Of a DNA stretch of 5,984 bases, positions 1 to 5,984 are shown one piece after another (the stretch's first letter is position 1; every line of letters begins with the position of its first letter). Source of the DNA: a virus (taxonomy: Duplodnaviria; Heunggongvirae; Uroviricota; Caudoviricetes); IMG/VR virus record IMGVR_UViG_2531839233_000019; one strand, written 5' to 3'. A program made the position numbers and the translations under genes. The notes beneath the pieces are model-generated. The model searched no databases, had not been told where the DNA came from, and worked only from the letters and a program-made list of their open reading frames with translations.

Positions 1-1428
1 CATCGGGATTGGGCAGGAGAATTTTCGTTGCGGTTTGTTGTACCAGCGCCGCAAAAATTGCGCAGTACATTCGAGCGTCTTCCGGTGATTGAACTCAGTA
101 ATGGACGGGTGGTGGCCTTTGATAAAAATAATCTGATGCAGGCGGTAGCTGTGGCATCCGGGCGGGTTCAGGTGAAAGTCGGGCGGGTAAGCCGTATTCG
201 TGAAGCCTGGTTTGTCGGGCCACACTTTATTGTGGATCGCCCCTGTAGTGCTCCGCAGGGGATGTTTCCGCTGGTTCCTTTCTGGGGATACCGAAAGGAT
301 AAAACCGGGGAGCCATACGGGCTAATTTCCCGCGCCATTCCGGCACAGGATGAGGTGAATTTTCGTCGTATCAAGCTGACCTGGTTGCTTCAGGCCAAAC
401 GCGTGATTATGGACGAGGATGCCACCCAGTTGTCAGACAACGACCTGATGGAGCAGATCGAACGTCCGGATGGCATTATTAAACTGAATCCGGTCCGAAA
501 AAATCAGAAAAGTGTCGCAGATGTTTTTCGGGTTGAGCAGGATTTTCAGGTTGCCAGCCAGCAGTTTCAGGTCATGCAGGAATCGGAAAAACTTATCCAG
601 GATACCATGGGAGTGTATTCCGCATTTCTCGGGCAGGATTCAGGTGCGACGTCAGGCGTGGCTATCAGTAACCTGGTGGAGCAGGGGGCCACAACCCTTG
701 CGGAAATCAACGATAACTACCAGTTTGCCTGCCAGCAGGTGGGAAGACTGTTGCTGGCTTATCTTCTCGATGACCTGAAAAAACGCCGTAATCATGCAGT
801 GGTGATTAATCGCGATGATCGCCAGCGTCGCCAGACCATTGTCCTCAATGCTGAAGGTGATAATGGTGAACTGACCAATGATATTTCAAGGTTAAATACA
901 CATATTGCGCTGGCGCCTGTTCAGCAGACACCGGCGTTTAAGGCACAGCTTGCACAGAGAATGTCAGAGGTTATTCAGGGGCTGCCGCCTCAGGTGCAGG
1001 CTGTTGTGCTCGACCTGTGGGTTAATCTTCTGGATGTGCCGCAGAAACAGGAGTTTGTTGAGCGTATTCGTGCTGCGCTGGGGACGCCAAAATCACCGGA
1101 TGAAATGACGCCGGAAGAACAGGAAGTAGCGGCACAACAACAGGCACTTCAGCAACAACAGGCAGAACTCCAGATGCGCGAGATGGCTGGCAGAGTGGCA
1201 AAACTGGAAGCTGACGCCGCCAGGGCACATGCAGCTGCACAACGGGATAATGCCAGTGCACAGCGGGAAGTCGCCCTGACACAGGGGCAGCGTTATGTGG
1301 ATGCGCTTAACCAGGCACATACGGCAGAAATCATTACCGGCGTACAGAATATGGAACAGGAGCAGGACGTTCTTCAGCAACAGATGCTGTATACGTTACA
1401 ACAGCGGATGAATGAAATGTCGCTCTGA
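1..1428 (+). CDS. Portal protein candidate, 5'-partial (gene continues upstream of the window)
   Basis: Reading frame 1 is open from nt 1 with no stop before the track's TTG at 28, so the true start is almost certainly upstream. Stop TGA at 1426-1428. It is the large gene immediately upstream of a scaffold-like gene and a capsid-sized gene, the canonical portal position. The C-terminal ~100 aa are Q/A/E/R-rich with heptad-like spacing (AAQQQALQQQQAELQMREMAGRVAKLEADAARAHAAAQ), consistent with the helical C-terminal barrel seen in some podovirus portals. The product is inferred from synteny and composition only. Confidence 0.6.
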   Translation, partial: HRDWAGEFSLRFVVPAPQKLRSTFERLPVIELSNGRVVAFDKNNLMQAVAVASGRVQVKVGRVSRIREAWFVGPHFIVDRPCSAPQGMFPLVPFWGYRKDKTGEPYGLISRAIPAQDEVNFRRIKLTWLLQAKRVIMDEDATQLSDNDLMEQIERPDGIIKLNPVRKNQKSVADVFRVEQDFQVASQQFQVMQESEKLIQDTMGVYSAFLGQDSGATSGVAISNLVEQGATTLAEINDNYQFACQQVGRLLLAYLLDDLKKRRNHAVVINRDDRQRRQTIVLNAEGDNGELTNDISRLNTHIALAPVQQTPAFKAQLAQRMSEVIQGLPPQVQAVVLDLWVNLLDVPQKQEFVERIRAALGTPKSPDEMTPEEQEVAAQQQALQQQQAELQMREMAGRVAKLEADAARAHAAAQRDNASAQREVALTQGQRYVDALNQAHTAEIITGVQNMEQEQDVLQQQMLYTLQQRMNEMSL

Positions 1429-1446
1429 AAACTCTGGCTTCAACTG

Positions 1447-1476
1447 AACCCCGTCATCGTACGGGGTTTTTTGTTT
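1447..1476 (+). terminator. Rho-independent-terminator-like hairpin downstream of the portal candidate
   Basis: ACCCCGT (1448-1454) and ACGGGGT (1461-1467) are exact reverse complements, separated by the 6-nt loop CATCGT and followed by TTTTTTGTTT. It sits 20 nt after the TGA stop. Confidence 0.7.
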
Positions 1477-1585
1477 CCGGAGGTAAGCGTTCCGGGAGCG
1501 GTGCGCTTATTCGCGGGGGCAGCGATAAGCCTTATTTACTCAACCATTCGGATCTGTCCGATAAACAGACCATGCGGAGTTATTT

Positions 1586-2593
1586 ATGGATTTTGAATTT
1601 ACGGGTGAAGAAACCCCGGAACAACTGGAAAAAATGCTGGAAGGACTTGGGGATGTGGATATTGACAGTCACGCACAGGACGTCGTGACGGAAGATACCA
1701 CGGAAAAACATGCGGATGAGGAAGCACAGACTCAGACGGGCGATAACAATGTGGCACCGACGCCGGATGCCAGTGTGGAGCAGACGCAGGACGTGAAGGA
1801 GCCGGAAGCGAAGGGGGTGCTCACCCGCGACGGTAAACACGTCATTCCCTATGAAGTCCTTGAGGCTGAACGTTCCGGTAAGCAACGGGCCGAACAGGAA
1901 GCCGCACTTCTTCGTGGGCAGATAGCTGAAGAAAAACGCAGGGTGGAACTGCTGACGTCTCAGATCCACCAGGCCGGTATGAAGCCCACACCGTTACCGG
2001 AAAACGAAAAAATTTCTGATGAGCAGATTGCCCGTATCAGGGAGATGTATCCGGAAATTGGTGACGCGGTGGCTTCGCTCATCCGTAAAAATAACTATCT
2101 CCAGTCCCGTGTTCAGCAATCAGCACAGCAGGCAGAAGGTAATGGTGGTGAGGATTTATCACCGGTTCTTGATGCGATGAATGCCGTGCCGGTGCTGAAA
2201 ACGTGGCAGGAGTCCGATCCAGATCGCTTCTCGGTTGCTGTATCCATCGACGGGAAGCTCCAGAATGACCCCGCATGGAAAGACAAAACGCTCACTGAAC
2301 GTTTCGCTGAAGTGGCCCGTCGTACGCAGGTTGCTTTCGGTGAAGTCAGTGAGTCGTCTGCTGACAACAAGGCAGACAAAACGGATATCCGGAAAACGGC
2401 GGAAGAGAAAGTGAAGACCGCTGAACAGGAGCAGGCAGTACCTGCTTCCCCGTCAGATTTAGGCACCACGGCTTCCGTCGGAACCGGTGATAATTTTGAA
2501 CGGTTACTTGGCGCTTCTCATTCAGAGGCAGAGGCGATTATGCGCGGTATGACGAATGCTGAAATAGACGCGCTTCTGGAGAAGCTCGGGTAA
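1586..2593 (+). CDS. Putative head scaffolding / assembly protein (acidic, predicted helical)
   Basis: ATG at 1586 is preceded by GGAG (1576-1579) with a 6-nt spacer; stop TAA at 2591-2593. The 335-aa product is strongly D/E-rich, especially in the N-terminal ~80 aa, with long K/E/R/Q-rich helical-looking segments and no obvious catalytic motifs. Its position between the portal candidate and the capsid candidate is typical of scaffold genes. Function inferred from synteny and composition. Confidence 0.5.
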   Translation: MDFEFTGEETPEQLEKMLEGLGDVDIDSHAQDVVTEDTTEKHADEEAQTQTGDNNVAPTPDASVEQTQDVKEPEAKGVLTRDGKHVIPYEVLEAERSGKQRAEQEAALLRGQIAEEKRRVELLTSQIHQAGMKPTPLPENEKISDEQIARIREMYPEIGDAVASLIRKNNYLQSRVQQSAQQAEGNGGEDLSPVLDAMNAVPVLKTWQESDPDRFSVAVSIDGKLQNDPAWKDKTLTERFAEVARRTQVAFGEVSESSADNKADKTDIRKTAEEKVKTAEQEQAVPASPSDLGTTASVGTGDNFERLLGASHSEAEAIMRGMTNAEIDALLEKLG

Positions 2594-2616
2594 CTTACTG
2601 AAGGAGAACTGAAGTA

Positions 2617-3831
2617 ATGACGACTGTAACATCAGCCCAGGCGAATAAGCTGTATCAGGTGGCGCTTTTTACCGCTGCCAACCGCAACCGCTCGATGGTA
2701 AATATCCTCACTGAACAGCAGGAAGCGCCAAAAGCGGTTTCGCCGGACAAGAAAAGCACGAAGCAGACCAGCGCGGGTGCGCCGGTTGTCCGTATCACAG
2801 ACCTTAACAAACAGGCCGGTGATGAAGTGACCTTCAGCATCATGCACAAACTCTCAAAACGTCCGACGATGGGAGATGAGCGTGTTGAAGGTCGTGGTGA
2901 GGATCTCAGCCATGCTGACTTCTCCCTGAAAATCAATCAGGGACGTCACCTGGTGGATGCAGGCGGACGTATGAGTCAGCAGCGCACGAAGTTTAACCTG
3001 GCATCCTCAGCCAGAACGCTTCTGGGGACGTACTTTAATGACCTGCAGGACCAGTGTGCGATAGTGCATCTTGCTGGAGCTCGTGGTGATTTTGTTGCTG
3101 ACGACACTATTCTGCCGACAGCGGAGCACCCTGAATTCAAAAAAATCATGATCAACGATGTACTGCCTCCGACACATGACCGTCACTTTTTTGGCGGTGA
3201 TGCGACAAGCTTTGAGCAGATTGAAGCGGCAGATATTTTTTCTATTGGCCTGGTGGACAATCTCTCCCTGTTCATTGACGAAATGGCGCATCCGTTACAG
3301 CCGGTTCGTCTGTCCGGTGATGAACTTCACGGAGAAGATCCATATTACGTCCTGTACGTCACGCCGCGTCAGTGGAATGACTGGTACACCTCGACGTCCG
3401 GTAAGGACTGGAACCAGATGATGGTTCGTGCCGTGAACCGTGCAAAAGGTTTTAATCATCCGCTGTTCAAAGGTGAATGTGCGATGTGGCGCAATATCCT
3501 GGTTCGTAAGTATGCGGGTATGCCGATCCGTTTCTATCAGGGGTCAAAGGTTCTGGTATCAGAGAATAACCTGACGGCAACCACGAAAGAGGTCGCTGCT
3601 GCAACCAATATTGACCGCGCCATGTTACTGGGGGCTCAGGCGCTGGCAAATGCTTACGGTCAGAAGGCGGGCGGTCACTTCAACATGGTTGAGAAGAAAA
3701 CGGATATGGATAACCGTACTGAGATAGCAATCAGCTGGATCAACGGTCTGAAAAAAATCCGTTTCCCCGAGAAGAGCGGCAAGATGCAGGATCACGGCGT
3801 GATTGCCGTTGATACAGCAGTGAAGCTCTGA
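2617..3831 (+). CDS. Major capsid protein candidate
   Basis: Strong RBS AAGGAG (2601-2606) with a 10-nt spacer to ATG 2617; stop TGA at 3829-3831. The 404-aa product is in the usual size range for major capsid proteins, follows the scaffold-like gene directly, and is followed 18 nt later by a strong hairpin terminator, which is typical of the most highly expressed head gene. From memory it may belong to an N4 gp56-like capsid family, but I cannot verify that without a search. Confidence 0.6.
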   Translation: MTTVTSAQANKLYQVALFTAANRNRSMVNILTEQQEAPKAVSPDKKSTKQTSAGAPVVRITDLNKQAGDEVTFSIMHKLSKRPTMGDERVEGRGEDLSHADFSLKINQGRHLVDAGGRMSQQRTKFNLASSARTLLGTYFNDLQDQCAIVHLAGARGDFVADDTILPTAEHPEFKKIMINDVLPPTHDRHFFGGDATSFEQIEAADIFSIGLVDNLSLFIDEMAHPLQPVRLSGDELHGEDPYYVLYVTPRQWNDWYTSTSGKDWNQMMVRAVNRAKGFNHPLFKGECAMWRNILVRKYAGMPIRFYQGSKVLVSENNLTATTKEVAAATNIDRAMLLGAQALANAYGQKAGGHFNMVEKKTDMDNRTEIAISWINGLKKIRFPEKSGKMQDHGVIAVDTAVKL

Positions 3832-3848
3832 TTTTTTCCTTTCCCTAT

Positions 3849-3871
3849 GCCGGGTTTTCGCCCGGCTTTTT
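3849..3871 (+). terminator. Rho-independent-terminator-like hairpin after the capsid gene
   Basis: GCCGGG (3849-3854) and CCCGGC (3861-3866) are reverse complements, with loop TTTTCG and a following TTTTT run (3867-3871). Confidence 0.7.
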
Positions 3872-3886
3872 CAGGAGTCATTAATT

Positions 3887-4276
3887 ATGGCAAAGACTAT
3901 CCTTGCCCCGTCACTGAGTGAACGGGTCTATACGGGTACGCACGGTAATGAGTCGGTGGCAGAAGGCGTATTTACGGTGAATGCTGCGGAAGCGGACAGT
4001 GTTATTCATCTTCTCTCACTGCCAGTGGGCATCCGTATCAACTCACTCCAACTGGTTTCAACGGGTGGTCTGGGTACTGCAACCGTCAGCATTAAGTCCG
4101 GTGAGCATGCTCTCATCGATAACAGCGAAGCTGTTTCTGCAAAATTTGCCAGATATGTGCCAGTGGAGCCGTACACCACACAGCGTGACGGGGAGCTGGT
4201 TACTGTCACCATTAAGACTGCCGCTGCAACCGGCACCCTGAATGTTCTGCTGCGTTATACCGTGGTGGGATACTGA
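3887..4276 (+). CDS. Small beta-rich phage structural protein, function unknown (possible capsid decoration or accessory head protein)
   Basis: RBS AGGAG (3873-3877) with a 9-nt spacer to ATG 3887; stop TGA at 4274-4276. The 129-aa product is rich in T/V/G/S/A with alternating hydrophobic patterns (VTVTIKTAAATGTLNVLLRYTVVGY), suggesting a beta-sandwich fold. It lies immediately after the capsid gene and is bracketed by hairpin terminators on both sides. Confidence 0.45.
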   Translation: MAKTILAPSLSERVYTGTHGNESVAEGVFTVNAAEADSVIHLLSLPVGIRINSLQLVSTGGLGTATVSIKSGEHALIDNSEAVSAKFARYVPVEPYTTQRDGELVTVTIKTAAATGTLNVLLRYTVVGY

Positions 4277-4289
4277 TTAAAACCTTCCG

Positions 4290-4311
4290 GCCCGCGTCAT
4301 GCGGGCTTTTT
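4290..4311 (+). terminator. Rho-independent-terminator-like hairpin after the 129-aa ORF
   Basis: GCCCGC (4290-4295) and GCGGGC (4301-4306) are reverse complements, with loop GTCAT and a following TTTTT run (4307-4311). Confidence 0.65.
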
Positions 4312-4325
4312 ATCCGGGGAATTAT

Positions 4326-4787
4326 ATGAGTGAGAAAATTGCCGTTGTCTATATCGGCCCAAAACCCGTGAAAAAGGACACCATTACCGGAAGTCGCACG
4401 CTGTTCCCACGTCTTGAGCCGGTGCATGTTGACAGCGCGATGGCCTGGCAACTGCTGGGGTTTCCGGATGTCTGGGTTCGTCATGAAGAGCTTGATGATG
4501 TTCTGAAAAAGCAACAACAGAATGAGCAGTTGCGGCAGGCACAGCAGGCGCAGGAAAGAGTGCTTGCTGCGCTGGCAGAAGCGGAGAACAGTTTTGTTGT
4601 TTCTGTTAACGGGCAGGAGGTGGATTTAAGTAAGCTCACCTCAGCACGGCTGGCGACGCTGTGTGAGGCAGAAGAGCTGGATATTCACAAAGACCCGAAA
4701 GAAACGGCTGAGGCATTCCGTATCCGGGTGCGTGAGGCATTTCGCCGTCGTGTTGCGGAGACTGAACAGCATGGCGGAACTGAGTGA
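4326..4787 (+). CDS. Hypothetical phage head-module protein (153 aa)
   Basis: The track's ORF 4299-4787 begins at an ATG buried in the terminator hairpin loop/3' arm. The in-frame ATG at 4326 lies downstream of the hairpin and is preceded by GGGGA (4316-4320), so I take it as the real start. Stop TGA at 4785-4787. The product has a central Q/E/A-rich helical stretch (KKQQQNEQLRQAQQAQERVLAALAEAE). No function is recognisable. Confidence 0.55.
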   Translation: MSEKIAVVYIGPKPVKKDTITGSRTLFPRLEPVHVDSAMAWQLLGFPDVWVRHEELDDVLKKQQQNEQLRQAQQAQERVLAALAEAENSFVVSVNGQEVDLSKLTSARLATLCEAEELDIHKDPKETAEAFRIRVREAFRRRVAETEQHGGTE

Positions 4788-5334
4788 TTTTTTACCGTAT
4801 GTCCGTCGTCATATCAGCGGTCCACTGAACATTATGATGACGGATGCTCTGTCAATGGCTGCCGTGGCATTCAGCCGCCAGTCGTTGGTGTGCCGTCGGG
4901 AGGTTACTGTTGTACCAGTAGCAGGAAAAGAAATCGTGCTTCCGTATGACAAAGATGATGAGGAGTGCGTTCATATCATCCGTATCTCTGACGATAATCA
5001 TGAGCTTTTTGTCGGTCGGGATGTGGATATCAGCTCCGGACGCTCCCTGCGATTTGCCTGTTCTCCCGGTGAGGTGAGCGTGCTTTATGCCGTCGCTCCG
5101 AAAGCCGGACGCAGCCAGATACCGGATGAACTCCTCACATGGCCTGAAGAAGTGGCTGCGGGGGCACTTGAGCGGTTGTTCATGCAGACTGGTGTTTCAT
5201 GGTCAGATCCGTTACGCGCACAGTATTTTTCTGTGCAGTTTTCTGAGGGGATCCGTCGGGCATATCGTCATACACTGGCGACAAGCCCGTACTCTTCATA
5301 CCGCAACCCTGTACGCAGGCAGAGGTTTTTCTGA
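4771..5334 (+). CDS. Hypothetical phage head-module protein (187 aa), translationally coupled to the upstream gene
   Basis: The track's ORF 4663-5334 starts with a very basic, R/K-rich stretch (MRQKSWIFTKTRKKRLRH...) typical of out-of-frame read-through across the upstream gene. The ATG at 4771 is preceded by GGAG (4757-4760) with a 10-nt spacer and overlaps the upstream stop by 17 nt. Stop TGA at 5332-5334. Confidence 0.55.
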   Translation: MAELSDFLPYVRRHISGPLNIMMTDALSMAAVAFSRQSLVCRREVTVVPVAGKEIVLPYDKDDEECVHIIRISDDNHELFVGRDVDISSGRSLRFACSPGEVSVLYAVAPKAGRSQIPDELLTWPEEVAAGALERLFMQTGVSWSDPLRAQYFSVQFSEGIRRAYRHTLATSPYSSYRNPVRRQRFF

Positions 5335-5984
5335 TGACGACGATTACAGAAATCATCGGACGTGTGAATACACAACTGGTTGACCCGATGATGGTTCGCT
5401 GGCCCCTGCAGGAATTGTGCGATTATTACAATGATGCTGTGAGGGCAGTGATTCTGGCGAGACCGGATGCTGGCGCAAGCCTGGAAACAATAAGTTGTGT
5501 TCCTGGCGCCCGTCAGGTTTTGCCCGATGGTGTAATACAACTTCTTGACGTGATATGCCTCAGTGACGGTAGTGCAGTCAGACCATTATCCCGGGAGGTG
5601 CTGGATGCGCAGTATCCTGAGTGGCCCACAATGAAGGGTATTCCTGAATGTTTTATCAGCAACGACCTGTCCCCGCGCGTATTCTGGCTGTTTCCTGCTC
5701 CTGACAAAGAGATAAGTATTGATGCAGTGGTAAGCCGGATACCGGAGGCAGTGTATGTTCTGACGCAGGACGATGATACGCCAGTTCCACTGGAAGAGGC
5801 TTATGTTAACCCACTGGTGGAGTGGATGTTGTTTCGCGCTTTCAGTAAGGATGCTGCCGGTGGCGCAGAATCGGGGCTGGCTGCGCAGCATTATCAGAGT
5901 TTTGTTGAGCAACTTGGGATCAAACAGGGGGCAGACAGTGCATTGTATGCCCGTAAAAAAGTGTTTAACGGAGGTGGAGTGTGA
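5334..5984 (+). CDS. Hypothetical phage structural / head-completion protein (216 aa)
   Basis: ATG 5334-5336 overlaps the upstream stop TGA 5332-5334 (sequence TGATG), with RBS AGAGG (5321-5325) and an 8-nt spacer. Stop TGA at 5982-5984. Amino-acid composition is typical of a real coding region. Function unknown; a head-tail joining role is guessed from position only. Confidence 0.6.
   Translation: MTTITEIIGRVNTQLVDPMMVRWPLQELCDYYNDAVRAVILARPDAGASLETISCVPGARQVLPDGVIQLLDVICLSDGSAVRPLSREVLDAQYPEWPTMKGIPECFISNDLSPRVFWLFPAPDKEISIDAVVSRIPEAVYVLTQDDDTPVPLEEAYVNPLVEWMLFRAFSKDAAGGAESGLAAQHYQSFVEQLGIKQGADSALYARKKVFNGGGV

Noticed and set aside
28-30. TTG at 28 as the true start of the first gene
   Set aside because: The frame is open back to nt 1, the TTG has no obvious upstream RBS, and 466 aa would be short for a portal. 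The gene is more likely truncated by the window edge.
1130-1170. Short tandem repeat (caacaacaggca-like units) as a possible non-coding repeat element
   Set aside because: It lies inside the portal coding frame and simply encodes the Q-rich coiled-coil segment. It is coding low-complexity sequence, not a separate repeat feature.
4299-4301. ATG at 4299 as the start of the 162-aa ORF
   Set aside because: It lies inside the terminator hairpin (loop and 3' arm), where initiation would be occluded. The ATG at 4326 has an upstream GGGGA and is clear of the structure.
512-5383. Plus-strand out-of-frame internal ORFs (512-778, 905-1108, 3158-3421, 3981-4241, 5087-5383)
   Set aside because: They are nested in alternative frames inside longer genes and have basic, Cys/Arg/Trp-rich compositions with no translation signals. 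They are most likely artefacts.
168-5912. All minus-strand ORFs in the track (168-374, 1022-1282, 1093-1380, 1580-1969, 2079-2276, 2113-2469, 2632-2847, 2655-2936, 3007-3291, 3467-3649, 4006-4236, 4212-4517, 5268-5540, 5513-5707, 5586-5912)
   Set aside because: Each lies entirely antisense to a long, well-supported plus-strand gene. Their translations are R/C/H/S-rich, as expected for antisense or out-of-frame reading of coding DNA, and none has a convincing RBS. They are treated as shadow ORFs.
1-5984. Defence system, toxin-antitoxin pair, CRISPR array, tRNA or insertion sequence
   Set aside because: I searched by eye for repeat-spacer periodicity, cloverleaf-sized structured regions, terminal inverted repeats and small paired ORFs with their own promoters, and found none. 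The whole window is explained by co-directional phage head genes. The prompt's suggestion of a novel system is not supported by what I can see here.

Overview
The window reads as a single-direction (+ strand) head-morphogenesis module of a tailed phage or prophage, probably enterobacterial judging by composition and Shine-Dalgarno usage. In order: the 3' portion of a large gene that is open to the window's left edge (portal candidate, with a Q/A-rich C-terminal coiled-coil tail); an acidic 335-aa scaffold-like gene; a 404-aa major capsid candidate; a 129-aa beta-rich ORF bracketed by hairpin terminators; and three small ORFs chained by overlapping stop/start codons, with a further gene apparently starting at the right edge. 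Three rho-independent-terminator-like hairpins punctuate the operon. I see no tRNA, rRNA, CRISPR array, IS element or integrase, and no recognisable defence or toxin-antitoxin system. Product names are inferred from gene order, size, composition and expression signals, not from a homology search, so they are working hypotheses. All minus-strand ORFs in the track look like antisense artefacts.
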